DNA from: Octopus bimaculoides
Lineage: Eukaryota
Direction of reading: 5' to 3'
DNA length: 64,000 bases
NCBI RefSeq assembly: GCF_001194135.2
Contig: NC_068990.1
Coordinates: 62,734,836-62,798,835, forward strand
The notes beneath the pieces are model-generated. The model had not been told where the DNA came from. It was given only the letters and a program-made list of their open reading frames with translations, and did no database searches. The position numbers and the translations under genes were made by a program. Of the stretch, positions 25,716-39,527 are shown piece by piece (position 1 is the first letter of the stretch; each line of letters starts with the position of its first letter).

Positions 25716-27229
25716 GTGTGTGTGTGTGTGCGTGCGTGCTTGTGTGCGTGTGTGTGTGTGTGTGTGCGTGTGTGCGTGTGTGCGTGTGTGCGTGTGTGGG
25801 TGTGCGCGTGCGAGCGCGTGTGATATAACTTCACTATCGAATCATGTTAACGAAAATATGTACGGATTAAAAAATTCCTAAAACTACCTTCAATCATAGT
25901 TCTGCACTGTTATCGTTGACATGAGACTTCACAAAAATAGGAACACAGAGAAAGCAAGCATACAGATAGATATGCACGTACGACGTTTGTCTTTGTCAGT
26001 GTAACTGGAGGTAAGTAAAGAAATGATTTATGTAATAAACTACTTTTAAATTCACATTTAAAACAATTTTCTTCGCTGGAAAATTATTTAATACCCTTAA
26101 ATGTCTTTACTTGAATAATTCGAAATAAATGAAAAAATAAATAAATAAATAAACATTATAATGTTAATGCACGTTATATAATGAGAATCGCAGCTGGTCG
26201 TGTCAATTTAACAAATTATAACAAACAGAAATATCTAGGTAATTATAAATATAAATGTGGGCAGAAAACTCGGAAGCAAATTTGTATAAAGTCATTTGGT
26301 GCAACAAATGTAAAGCCAATGCTATATATCGTGTATAATGTTGGTATAATGACCATTATACATCATTGTCAGCTGAAAGGCTGACACATTATACATGTAG
26401 CAATTACAGGGGAAATTTAGTAGGAAATGGATTAGCTGGAAATATTAGTGAACCGGCATTAATTTCAGAAAATAGGATTACTAATAACTGTAAGAAATTA
26501 CTTTTGGTTCTCTAAGGAGAGTTCGCTTTATTTGTTAATGTTTGCGATGCAAATATAATAGTTTTCAAAATAACTTGTACATTGTATTTCACTGACGTGC
26601 AAAATCACAGAATATACATAGAAATTACTACATAGTATTAAAGCAAATAAATTACAAGTATTTTTCGGTAAATAATGCAAATCAAAGGCCTTACGTTCTG
26701 CGTATCAAAATAATCAAGTCTTAATACATCTGACAATATTCCATTTATAAACAAAGCATTTTCTTGACAAGAATTGAAGTCAGTTTCTCAACAAATAAAT
26801 ACATTTTCTTCGCTTTGAAAGACTTGTCGACACCATCAACTACACAATAAATGATTAACAATACAATTAACATTTAATCACATTCATCATTCTTTCTCCT
26901 TCAAAGCCTTCAGACCAGAAAAAGGCTTTCAGTATATCAGAAAAGAGGAACTACAAACAATACCAATACTTAATATTAATATGTTTAGTGTTCGGGAATT
27001 AACAGCACGGTCGAGAAACGGCAGGACTGTACGCATCTGCTATAAATAACTACCGAATGTTCTTCGAATTACAGGCTGTTGCTATTAGAAATATGTTATC
27101 CTGTTAACATTACCTATCATGTTATTGATAATTATCATGGTATTGATCATTTTCATTCCTTTCCTTCCTCAGAAGAAAATACCAGTTTGTAAAGTTTATA
27201 AGCTTATGAAATATAATCACCACTAAACT

Positions 27230-28090
27230 TCTTCATGTATCCTTAGTCTCTCATACGAATCTCTTCTCTTACGTATCCTCTTCTGTTAAGCACCTTTCTT
27301 ATCTTATGTACAAGTCTTGTCTTAAGTACTATCTTACATGTTATGTGTCATCGTCTCTCATGTTAGATGACACTCCGTCGGTTACGACGACGAAGTTTCC
27401 AGTTGATCCGATCAACGGAACAACTTGCTCGTGAAATTAGCGTGCAAGTGGCTGAGCACTCCACAGTCTCGTATGCCATTAACGTAGCTCTCAGAGAGAC
27501 ACAGCCTGATACAGAATGCAACAAAGCCGTCCCTCTGAAATACAGGTACTACTCATTTTTGCCAGCTGAGTGAACTGGAGCAACGTGAAATAAAGTATTT
27601 TGCTCAAGGACAAAACGCGCCGCCGGGAATTGAACTCTCGACATCACGATCGTGAGTCGAATACCCTAACCACTAAGCCAGGCGTCTTCACACTCTCATG
27701 TACTTCCTCTCCTCTTTTATTTTATGTACCTTCTTTTCACAGATACCCCTCTTGTTGGAGGTATCTCTTTTGTATGACGTGCCAGTTTTCGCACATGCAC
27801 CCCTATTTTCTCATACGTATATCCTGTCGAAAGCATCCTACTGCCTTCAGGTACTTATCTTCTCTCATATACCTTTTTATCTTGCGTACCCTTTCTCTCA
27901 CATACTCATTTCTCTCAAGCGCTTCTTCTTTCATGTACCCAACTTGTTTCATGTACCACTTCTCTCATGCATCTTCCTTGACACATGAATGTCTCTCGTC
28001 AGTGACTGTGCTTGTTTAATATACACCTTTTCTTTTATGTAACTTTACTGTCTCGCGAATGTACCTCAAACGTACCTCACTTGTTTCTTA
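27230..28090. repeat. Degenerate pyrimidine-rich minisatellite (unit about TCTCTCATGTACC), interrupted by an S3 SINE
   Basis: Recurrent CATGTACC/CGTACC/AGGTAC words spaced about 15-20 nt on both sides of the SINE. Confidence 0.55.
27366..27691 (-). mobile_element. tRNA-derived SINE, family S3, full length, with a probable 9-bp TSD
   Basis: Minus strand: TGGCTTAGTGG (A box), GAGTTCAATTCCC (B box), core TGTCCTTGAGCAAAATACT..TTGCTCCAGT.CACTCAGCTG, tail GATCGGATCAACTGGAA..GTAACCGACGGAGTG; CTCTCATGT at 27355-27363 and 27693-27701. Confidence 0.9.
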
Positions 28091-29149
28091 GTTTTATTTT
28101 TGTCGTATCTTCTGTTTATCCCGACACAATCTTTCAACAATTTCACAGGACAAAATAGTTATAAAATTTACCTCCCCTATATCGAAATTTAGCCTGGTTA
28201 GGAGAAAATAGCTTGATTAGCTTTATGAATAAATGAGATTTACATAAATATCGACTAGCTTCTTGATCTGAGACTTTCATCAAAATGTATTGAACACAAA
28301 TAGCCCATGTCATATAATACTTCTATCGGTTGACATCAATAATCATGTGTGAGATATTTGTAATGTTTTATGTGAGTAAGAATATATAAACAGCACACTA
28401 GTTGTTGGTAGGATAATGTTGTGTTTTTCAATTAGCATATAGATTAAGGATAATGTATCAATAATATCGATTCGATCGAATAAAGAGGGGCAATCTCTTG
28501 TTCTCTTCATGCGAAAGTCATTCGAAAGCAGTCCACCAGCAAGATTACAAAAAAAAAAAAAATCAATCGTTAATTATACACCCATAAAACAATAAAATTA
28601 TTATTTTATAAACAGTTTTTAACATTTGATAAAATCTAGAAAGTAGTCCTGATAAATCATTATAGATTTTTTCGTTCTGTTCTTTTTATTGAATGGAATT
28701 CTGTTTTAGACGAAAATATTGCATCGTAAATCTATTGAAATTGCATTAGCAATGGTAGTGAGTGAAGACGGTGATCGTGCGCAGTTGATAACTGAATTCT
28801 TTCGTCACATTTCTTTAACTTCCAGATATATGTGTACTCGTCATAACCTGTATTTGCATGTAATTAAACAAAGAGAGAGAGATAAAGAAAGAAAGAGAGA
28901 GATAAGGAAAGAAAGAAAGCACTTTTTTCCATCCAACCGTTGATTTTGTTGGTATGTTTAAACGTCTCTCTCTCATTACTTTTATCTCTTATTATTTAAC
29001 ATCGGACTATGCTGCCGGTTGATAGGATCGCGCAGAATGATACTAGGTAATTTCTAATATCGACAGCTCCAATACTGTTACTATCATGAACATCAACAAT
29101 ATTATCGCCATTGGTAATACCATCAGCACAAACACAAAACCCACCACTA

Positions 29150-29560
29150 TTACCAATAGTAGCAGCAGCAGCAGCAGCAGCAGCACCACCACCACCACCA
29201 CCACCACCACCACCACCATCACCACCAGCACTACCACCATCNNNNNNNNNNNNNNNNNNNNNNNNNNNNNNNNNNNNNNNNNNNNNNNNNNNNNNNNNNN
29301 NNNNNNNNNNNNNNNNNNNNNNNNNNNNNNNNNNNNNNNNNNNNNNNNNNNNNNNNNNNNNNNNNNNNNNNNNNNNNNNNNNNNNCAACACTGCTACCAT
29401 TGCCACCACCACAACCGCTACCACTACCATCACCACCACTACCATCACCACCACCACCATCACCACTATCACCACCGCCACCAGCGCTACCACCACCGCC
29501 ACCTCACTCCAAGCCAACAGCACCCCTACTGTCCTCCTCCTCCTCCTCTTCATCATCATC
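29150..29560. repeat. (AGC)n(ACC)n trinucleotide array spanning a gap
   Basis: Direct reading; explains the poly-S/T/H/P/V ORFs. Confidence 0.9.
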
Positions 29561-29624
29561 GAAGTAGTCGTCTCCACCAATGCCAGCGACGTATATATTG
29601 CTTATTCGTCGTTTACAATTGGAC

Positions 29625-29925
29625 GTAGCTTTACCGGGTGTTTAAAAACATCAGCTCTCAATCACAAGTTTCTGGGCTCGCTCCTACTCTGTGGTATCTT
29701 GAGCAAATATCTTTTACCATAGCCTCAGGTGGTTGTGACTTCCATTGGATGGATTGTGTTTGTAATTAAAGAAATACAGCTTTGTCATACACTATGTCAC
29801 ACTGATTCTACCTGGAGATTAATTTAAGGCTACACATGTTTGTGAAGTAGTCAGTCGCTTACACGCTAATACAGGAGTAGATCAATTCAATTGATCGAAC
29901 AACTCATCGTCGAAACCAACACAGA
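29625..29925 (+). mobile_element. Old SINE with an S3-type tail
   Basis: TTGAGCAA..TTGTCA.AC..TGTCAC.CTGA.TCT.CCTG..GTCAGTCGCTTACACG..CTCATCGTCG resembles the S3 body and tail. Confidence 0.5.
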
Positions 29926-30777
29926 TCCTTTCCTTTTATTTATGGCAATTGATGTTGCTGAGTTTCATGTCACGTCATTCCTTAACACGAGCATTGGTAA
30001 TGTAATTTTTACAACATAAACAATACTTCTGCTGTTATTGATGGTGGCGGCGTTGCTTACACTCGGTTACTAATGAATGAGAAGACCTATAACCAAAAGC
30101 AGTCCTTCCAGGATCTTCTCGACTTTTATCCTATGCATCGATTCTTTAACTTCTTAACATACACATTTTTTTTCAATTTGCATACAGAAAATATAATTCT
30201 TTTATTATTTATTTTGAATCTGTATATAAGGAAGAATAAGTACATAAATTATTTTGGATCAGTCTACTGATAGTTAATGATAGAAAACAGGAATAACTTT
30301 ATGAACGAAGTATTTCGGGTTAGAAATAAGTGGCAGATACTTCAGCGTACTGTGAACGTATAGTTTCGTTCAAATATATATTTAGTAGACATCTCTGAAC
30401 GAAAATGTACGGGATAATATGTTAAAAGGTTAAAGCAGTAGAACGTGGTCTTGAGGAGATTGCCATTTCAGAGACATAGTCTAACAGATCAGTGTCTTTA
30501 CAGAGGTTGGTCTATCGATGGCTCTGAAGTAGGTAGTGTTCGTTTCTGGTTTAAAATGCCACGAGGTTAGACTTTACTTTCCACTTATATGAGAGTTAAT
30601 AAAATAGTATTTAAGGAGAGTCTATGCATCAACTGTAGCTATCATTCATTCACGTTTATTGCCCCGTGATTAGACATACGACACTTAGACTCACGTAATT
30701 ACCGACTCTGTCCATTATGTATGGGGGGGGGGGTGCATGGATTANNNNNNNNNNCCATTATGTATGGGGGGGGGGTG

Positions 30778-31010
30778 CATGGATTAGTGGTTAGGGCGTT
30801 AGATTTATGATCGTATGATTGTGGTTTCGATTCCTGGACCCGGCGACGCGTTGTGTTCTTGAGTGAAACGCTTAATTTCACGTTGCTCCAGTCCACTCAG
30901 CTGACAAAAATGAGTAAACCTGCGATGGACCCGCGTCACATCCAGGTGGGGAATTTATCCGCCATGGGTACCGGGAAACCGGCCCTTATGACTCGAGAGG
31001 GTAACTTTAC
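30778..31010 (+). mobile_element. SINE with S3 head/core and a different 3' tail
   Basis: ATTAGTGGTTAGGGCGTT..TTTCGATTCC..GCGTTGTGTTCTTGAG..TTTCACGTTGCTCCAGTCCACTCAGCTG..AAAATGAGTA, then CCTGCGATGGAC..CATCCAGG..GGGAAACCGGCCCTTATGA. Confidence 0.8.
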
Positions 31011-34000
31011 CGACTCTTCCATTCTCCAATATATTGATGTTTAATCATAGATCAGCCGCAATTTAATAAACCTAAGACCAAAGGCTTTCCATCCATAATC
31101 ATCCAGTCCATTAAGTGATGGGTGTGTTATGATGGAAAGCTTTCGATATCCAGAACTACATTATCGAATGTATCTGTTCATGTTTAAGACGGTAGCTCTA
31201 ATAGATTCGGCTGCTATTTCTAGGTCATACTGAGAGTAGTACATTACTCAGCTGTTTGGAGTATCAGTTTTCCGTTGGCTTGTAAAGCTTAGTTCAATTT
31301 CTCAGGCAGGAAACTATGTAACCTACTAGTATTATTTCCAGTTAAGAAGGTAATTTTTCTCCAATCAGGAAACCATGTGTAAGCACAGGATACACGAACC
31401 TTTGTAATCTGGAAAAGAATTTAAAATATAATGAAAGTGGAAGTTCCGTTATAAAAGCGCAAGCTAACGTTACTTGCATAAATGATACAACAGAATTATT
31501 ACATGACATTGTTTTATAATTGTCACTGCTTTAATCATTTAAGAAACATATTCACCTTCCTTTAAACAAACACTTTCGAAAATAAATACAGCCAAGTTTC
31601 TTTTTCATATAATCATGTTAAAATCGCTCTTTAGCAGTATAATTTGCATGCTATGACTACTGAAGATTTTCAGTTTGCCAGTCAAAAGACAAATTAAATA
31701 TTTTCATTCTTTACAAAATAAAAAATAAAATGTTTAAATAGTTTCTTTGTCACTACCGTAGTCATAGATTTTCAGCAAAAATTCTCCAAATAAGGAAACG
31801 GAGTCTATAAATTAAGAATTTGATGCAAGCTAAAATATTCTAATCTAAACCTAAATGTTAAATTTATAATTATACTAAAAATGTTTTTAAAAACTTATTA
31901 AACTATCTAGATGGTTATAATGTGCAGAATATTAACCGGGAAGAATATTCCAAACCATAATCTATAAAATTTATAATATTTTATATTACCAAATAACATA
32001 ATGACCAGTAATATTTCATATGTCTTTTAAAACTCCTGGAATCTGCTAGTCAATTATTTATTCAGGTATTCCTCTTTCTCTTATAATCAACAAAAATGAT
32101 GAAACTTCGCTTCTTGTTGCCTATTTAAAAATTGTCTTGTTGGATTATTATGTCTTGTCATATTAACAGTACAGCAAGAAAACGGTAAATAAATACGAAA
32201 TAAGACATTAAAATCTATAGTTTGTGAAGTAAAGAAGGAATAAAAGAGTAAAAGTTTTCAAATTATTTGAAAAATAAATCATATCCACAGAATTCAGTTG
32301 TAAGGCCAGGGCAATCATGTTTGCTGTCAAGCAGCTGCCTAATAAAATATTATATTTTGTTCGACCGTATGCATATTAAATTAGAATCAATTCGAAGAAC
32401 ATCGAGATGTGATGAGACACAATATTGGCTAAGTTTAAGAAGAAACAGAAATGATTGTTGCTTGGGCAATGCCTATCAAAGAAAAAAAGATTATAGTTAA
32501 CATAACAACATTAGAAAATAGACGACTTTGTAAAACTTACTAGAAAAGATAGATTTTGCGTGCGAAGGTACGCAAGAATTTCATACATTTATACATATGA
32601 ATGGTAGACGCATACATAGCAGTATGCATAGATAACATTGCTTGACGCATATAGCAGTTACGTATACCCTCAAATATGTGTACATACTCACACAAATAAA
32701 AACCCAGATAAAAGCCCCAACATATATTACATACATATATACACGTACTTTATAAGCATTCACGTGTTGATCTCTCCCCGTCTCTCTCTCTCTCTCTGTG
32801 TATATGTATGCATGTATGTATGTATATATGTATGTATGTGTGTAGATGTATATATTTCTACGTGTGTATATATATGTATAAATATGCATGTACATAACTA
32901 TGTTTACACATACACATATGCATGTATGTGTATATTGTATATGTATATATTTATCATTCACAACATATTAATTATTTTAAGTGTCATGTTGGGACTTGTA
33001 ATATTTCAAAAGTTATATATATATACATATATATANNNNNNNNNNNNNNNNNNNNNNNNNNNNNNNNNNNNNNNNNNNNNNNNNNNNNNNNNNNNNNNNN
33101 NNNNNNNNNNNNNNNNNNNNNNNNNNNNNNNNNNNNNNNNNNNNNNNNNNNNNNNNNNNNNNNNNNNNNNNNNNNNNNNNNNNNNNNNNNNNNNNNNNNN
33201 NNNNNNNNNNNNNNNNNNNNNNNNNNNNNNNNNNNNNNNNNNNNNNNNNNNNNNNNNNNNNNNNNNNNNNNNNNNNNNNNNNNNNNNNNNNNNNNNNNNN
33301 NNNNNNNNNNNNNNNNNNNNNNNNNNNNNNNNNNNNNNNNNNNNNNNNNNNNNNNNNNNNNNNNNNNNNNNNNNNNNNNNNNNNNNNNNNNNNNNNNNNN
33401 NNNNNNNNNNNNNNNNNNNNNNNNNNNNNNNNNNNNNNNNNNNNNNNNNNNNNNNNNNNNNNNNNNNNNNNNNNNNNNNNNNNNNNNNNNNNNNNNNNNN
33501 NNNNNNNNNNNNNNNNNNNNNNNNNNNNNNNNNNNNNNNNNNNNNNNNNNNNNNNNNNNNNNNNNNNNNNNNNNNNNNNNNNNNNNNNNNNNNNNNNNNN
33601 NNNNNNNNNNNNNNNNNNNNNNNNNNNNNNNNNNNNNNNNNNNNNNNNNNNNNNNNNNNNNNNNNNNNNNNNNNNNNNNNNNNNNNNNNNNNNNNNNNNN
33701 NNNNNNNNNNNNNNNNNNNNNNNNNNNNNNNNNNNNNNNNNNNNNNNNNNNNNNNNNNNNNNNNNNNNNNNNNNNNNNNNNNNNNNNNNNNNNNNNNNNN
33801 NNNNNNNNNNNNNNNNNNNNNNNNNNNNNNNNNNNNNNNNNNNNNNNNNNNNNNNNNNNNNNNNNNNNNNNNNNNNNNNNNNNNNNNNNNNNNNNNNNNN
33901 NNNNNNNNNNNNNNNNNNNNNNNNNNNNNNNNNNNNNNNNNNNNNNNNNNNNNNNNNNNNNNNNNNNNNNNNNNNNNNNNNNNNNNNNNNNNNNNNNNNN

Positions 34001-34298
34001 NNTATATATATGTATGTATGTATATATCTATCTATCTATCTCTATTTCTCTGTATCTCTCTGTCTGTTTTCTCTCTGTCTCTGACTCTCTGTCTCTGACT
34101 CTCTCTCTCCCTCTCCCCTCTCTCTCCCTCTCCCCTCTCTCTCTCTCTTTATATATATATATATATATATAAGAAATAATTAAGATTCAGTTGAATTAGT
34201 TACTTAAGTTGAGGCGCAAAGTCAGTCTGGTATTATCCGCACAGCTCGATGTAAGGGGAATAAAAAGCAAACAAGTAACAAGGATGTCCAGGCATTAG

Positions 34299-34385
34299 TG
34301 CATTACGGCCGTTTCAGTCGGCTCCATTTAATCGAACAATGCAAGCATTACATCAATTTGAAATGTGTCGCCATCTTCGGATGCA
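34299..34385 (-). ncRNA. Hammerhead-like motif, family A copy 3
   Basis: Minus strand: TGCAT | CCGAAGA | loop TTGATGTAATGCTTGCATTG..ATTAAATGGAG | GAAA | ACGGCCGT palindrome | A | ATGCA. Confidence 0.65.
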
Positions 34386-35337
34386 AAATATAAGTTTTCA
34401 ATATACAAGATACTCCATTATAATTTTTAGTAAATATTTCATCAGAAGTGGAAGATGAAAGAATTACATGCTGTTATTATTATAGCTGAATGAACTTAGA
34501 GTGAAAAATACGCCAACTATAATTTGGCATGGCAGAAGAGAATAACAATGGGGGGCGGTTATGAGATGGTAATTTACATACAATTTTTATCTACCTCCTT
34601 ATCGTCATCAAAAGGTCTAATGCAGCTAGTATAGTACGTCCACTAAGAATTAAAGCCACTGGGAGCTGACAGTTAGTTCTAGCTGCTGATAATAAATTAA
34701 TTATTGTCAGATACTTTCCCAAACCTTAAATCAGTATGGCTACAAATATCCTATGAGCTCATAAAGAAACAAACCTCAGAAGAAGTCAGTAAGATAGTGG
34801 TAAATGCCCAGAAAGAGGAAAGGTAGGTGTGACATAAACTATTTTATCATTATCAGTTAAAGGGACCTACTATAGAAAACAAAGGACGCTACAATGAGAT
34901 TTAAATGGAAAAAAAGATATAACCAAAGTATATCAAAATCTATATATTATTATATTTTGTATAATGAAAAGTAGAATTTTAAAATTTAGAAAGGGATATA
35001 AGGACCAGGTAAGATAAGAAGGATATATAAACCAATTTAAGCACTAAAGAAGCATTACTTTTAAATAAAATAGAAGCTTCATAATACTTTATCCTAGCAA
35101 ACTTTAAGGTCGTCAAGATAAAACTATTGAAACAATGAACCCAAATTACATTCAGAATTCATCCGAGAAAGAGGTCCACATTTTCTATCGATTGAAAAAC
35201 CAGGGATCAAAGGCAAAAAAATGAGATAATTGGTTCTATAACAGATAAGCTTATTTAAAAACATAATTGTATAAAAATTCGAGCACTAATAAAAATCTTA
35301 AAGGATGTAAGAATATAAGAAGATAAAAAAATGTGGC

Positions 35338-35382
<45 letters not shown>

Positions 35383-35911
35383 NNNNNNNNNNNNNNNNNN
35401 NNNNNNNNNNNNNNNNNNNNNNNNNNNNNNNNNNNNNNNNNNNNNNNNNNNNNNNNNNNNNNNNNNNNNNNNNNNNNNNNNNNNNNNNNNNNNNNNNNNN
35501 NNNNNNNNNNNNNNNNNNNNNNNNNNNNNNNNNNNNNNNNNNNNNNNNNNNNNNNNNNNNNNNNNNNNNNNNNNNNNNNNNNNNNNNNNNNNNNNNNNNN
35601 NNNNNNNNNNNNNNNNNNNNNNNNNNNNNNNNNNNNNNNNNNNNNNNNNNNNNNNNNNNNNNNNNNNNNNNNNNNNNNNNNNNNNNNNNNNNNNNNNNNN
35701 NNNNNNNNNNNNNNNNNNNNNNNNNNNNNNNNNNNNNNNNNNNNNNNNNNNNNNNNNNNNNNNNNNNNNNNNNNNNNNNNNNNNNNNNNNNNNNNNNNNN
35801 NNNNNNNNNNNNNNNNNNNNNNNNNNNNNNNNNNNNNNNNNNNNNNNNNNNNNNNNNNNNNNNNNNNNNNNNNNNNNNNNNNNNNNNNNNNNNNNNNNNN
35901 NNNNNNNNNNN

Positions 35912-35924
35912 AAGAAGCCCGTCG

Positions 35925-35981
<57 letters not shown>

Positions 35982-36196
35982 GTATATGTTGCGTATCTGT
36001 GTTTGTCCCCCCAACATCGCTTGACAACGGATGCTGCTGTGTTTAGGTCCCCTTAACTTAGCGGTTCGGCAAAAGACACCGATAGAATAAGTACTAGGCT
36101 TACAAAGAATAAGTCCTGGAGGCGATTTGATTCGACTAAATGTGGTGTTCCAGCATGGCCGCAGTCAAATGACTGAAATAAGTAATGGAAAAAAGA
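35912..36196 (+). mobile_element. S1 SINE 3' two-thirds (head lost in the gap)
   Basis: AAGAAGCCCGTCGTATA..TTGTCCCCCCAACATCGCTTGACAAC..GATAGAATAAGTACTAGGCTTACAAAG..CAAATGACTGAAA. Confidence 0.92.
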
Positions 36197-38099
36197 ATAA
36201 TGTTGAAATTTTTTTGTATAATTATATTTTTTGAATAAGTTTATCTGTTATAGAAGCAATACAATTATATATCCATAGCTGACAAAGAAAACTGTTTTGG
36301 TTTATGTTCATATGCCAGCCAAAAATATACATACTCCCAGAATACTCCATAAAACCACACCATGCTGACATTAAAATGACCCTAAGCCATATCTTACTGT
36401 CTTAAATAAAGGAGCTTTTGCAAATGTATTCTGGTGTATGTGCATACTCTCCTTGTAGTATTCCTACCAAGTCAACCGAGCCCTAAATAGGCGACTACTT
36501 TCTATATAAATGTAGGTTGTTACGAAGCGCAGAAATGCTGGTGATAAGAGAGAAAGACTTTCAAGTGTGAACATCTCATTCACCTCGCATTTAGAGGTGG
36601 AGTTGGATTGGGATGGGTACGTGGTTAGGTTAGAGGTGTTTATTTTTTGCCGATTTTGGTTTAAAAGATAAACAAATAAGTTAATATCAGCTTCTTATAC
36701 TGATGCAATGCTATACGTCTCGAGATGTGGCTCTGTAGATTAAAGCGTCCCAGTATATTACATTTAGATCTGTTATTAAACACAATTGCCTTTTTTTTCT
36801 TCTCAGGAACATAATGAGAAGCAACTGAAGTTAACAAACTATTTTGCCCGATGCCCTACCAAATCTGATAATCACCGCCCTCAATTATATAATATTGATT
36901 TATTACATTGTGATAAGATCGCAAATTTGGGGGAGGTAAAAGTCGATTAAATAGATTGGTAATTACTTTATCGATCTGGAGGATGTAAGTTTATCACAAC
37001 CAGAATTGAAAATATAACTTAAATCTATTACAAATCCGATGCTGTACTGATTGTGAGAATTACCGCCTTTATTTCATTATTAAATATCGATTTCTAACAT
37101 AGGCAAAACACTGCTTTTTCTGTGGTGGGGTTTAATCGATGAAATCAACATCAATAGTTGCTTGGAACATGTCGATTCGGCAATGTTTCTTCTTAGAACC
37201 TAAAGGCAAGTGAATAAATACCACAAGGTATTTTGTCAAAGACAATACTATTTCTGTGAATCACCGACTAAAAAATATGTGTGCGTGTGTATGTGTGTGT
37301 ACGTATGTGCAAGTATGCATGTGTGTATGCGTGTGTACTGTATGTGTGAATCTGTTCGTGTGTCTTTAGGTGTCTCTATATTTGTGTATGAGCGTAAAAT
37401 GTCTGAATGTTTAAGAAGCATGGTTGAGAAGTGTGTTAAGCAATCATGTGGCACCGGGTTCGATCTAAATGCGCGTCACTTTAGGCAAGTGTCTTTCTTT
37501 TCCCTACAGCGTTAGACCTATACAAGCCCCGTGAATGAACCCGTTAGAATAAAACTCTGTGGAAGCTCGTCGAATGCATTGTATGCATAATTCAAAGGTG
37601 CAATCTTGTCATACTGCGGTTACGCTAATTCTATTCGATGATTAAACTAAGGATTCACACGTCTGAGTAATGTTCATCCATTTATACAAGTTCTTCTGAG
37701 CCGTTTATTTTTATTTGTATTTTTTACATAGGAACCGCTTAGATTCTTACTTTATTCTGATGGGTCCTCACTGCCATTCGGTGTTTAAAAAACTCTTATA
37801 CTTTCATAATTAAATATTATTAGGAATTGCATTAAAAAATTGATAAAATATTTTGTGTTTTGTAGATGTATAACCAATTTAACAACAAAATCTTATATGG
37901 ACCTTGAAGGGCTATATGGGCCCTGGTTGAGAAACATTGATTTATACTCTTATTCAACGAATTGGCAGTTTAGCATATAGAACGACTGAATACTCATTGT
38001 AGCATCTGAAGATCTATTTCCTTTGTCGTGTGAGGGGGGGGGGAGCAGACGCAGCTGTGTGGCAAGAAGCAACTCCAGTATCATCGTCACCGTCCGAAG

Positions 38100-39310
38100 C
38101 AGAGACTGAAAGTGAATATCAAGAGTCCGAAAAATCGGATGAAGAATCCATACAAAAAGGAGGAAGTATAGCAAAACTGGAACTGCAACCATGTTAGTAA
38201 TATCTTCCAAGCTATCAACCCAAAAAGCAGCAACAGTTTATCGACAATTATCTCAAGATGGAATCAATGTCGAGACTCCTTCCCAATCTGGTATTTATAG
38301 ATTGACTATCAAAGAAGCTGTTAAACTAAAAAAGAAAATGAAGAAAACACTACATCACTACATTTAGGAAACTGGTCATTGCATTTTGATGGTAAACGTA
38401 TTGATGACCAAGAATACCAAGTGCTAGTTTTAAAGAATGAACAGAGAGAAGTTAAGTTAGAAGCAGTCCAATTGCCAAACGGAAAAAACTGATACTGTTG
38501 TGAAAGGGATAATTGCTGTTTTAGATGAATACAATTTATATGGAATTGTATAAAGATGATTGTCGCTGATACAATGAGTGTAAACACTGGGAAAAGAAAT
38601 AGCATTGTAATTCAGTTGCAAAGACTTGTTTGCTCAAAATGGTTTGAAAGAACCGCAATTTATTGGTTGTCAGCATCATATTCTTCATAGAGTTTTTCAT
38701 GTTGTAATGGATAACGAACTTGGAGAAAAAAAGTTATCTCCCAACATTGAATATACATTAATTCCAGAGCTTCTAAGTAATTACGAGAAACTCCAGGGTA
38801 ATTTCAACACTGGTGAAGAAAAGATTACTGAATCAGCAGGATGGCGAGACGACATGAAATTTCTATTTCATTTGACCAGAGTTTTTCGTTTCTTTGAACA
38901 AACCGGCAAATTTCCTACTGTAAAGTTTCAAAAAATACCCAACTTAAGTAATGCAAGATGGAATTCTCGAGCAACACTAGCTCTTTTGGCATTTACTTTT
39001 CTACCAGAGAAAAGAGTATTGCTTCTCAGTGTTTGTCGATTCATCTCTTACAGCTGGGCAGATCTTTGGTTTACTGGCCAAATGTTCAATGCATATGATT
39101 ATCAGAAGTTATGTGATAGCCTGCAAGTTCATAAAAAAGCATTGAACTCTGTAAACATTTTTTTGGAATCGAGAACCATCAAAACAGGAAATTCCCAGAA
39201 CAAATCAGAGTGCAGAACGAGCAATTAAGTGCCTTCAAGATATTTATGATGTTTGTAAAAAGAAGGAGAAACCTCAGCTTTGATTTATTTTATCTTACAA
39301 AACATATTAA
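38100..39310 (+). pseudogene. Frameshifted DDE transposase, hAT-related (hATm-like)
   Basis: WSLHFDGKR (D1), IVADTMSVNTG (D2), IGCQHHIL (CxxH), SNARWNSRA, PRTNQSAERAIK (E); several frameshifts. The subfamily call is from recall. Confidence 0.8.
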
Positions 39311-39527
39311 TTCTTTGTTATGCGTAAAAATTTGCTAACATTCAGAACCCTTTTTCTTATACAGTTATTTAAAATTGGAAGTAAACCTATAAAGTTAAAA
39401 ATACGTATTGTTTCTAATCGTATATGTTATCGAATACTTGTGGTGGTCTCTGTCTTAAAATAGTCTAGTATTGAACCTTTTCATAGAGCAATTTCAATTC
39501 AGTAATCTTAAAACTGTATAAATGCAC

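Noticed and set aside
27340-28090. CRISPR-like array
   Set aside because: Eukaryotic context, no constant repeat with unique spacers, and no cas genes; no CRISPR array anywhere in the window.
30713-30786. 32-bp direct repeat with poly-G on either side of a 10-N gap
   Set aside because: Typical unmerged contig overlap; an assembly artefact.
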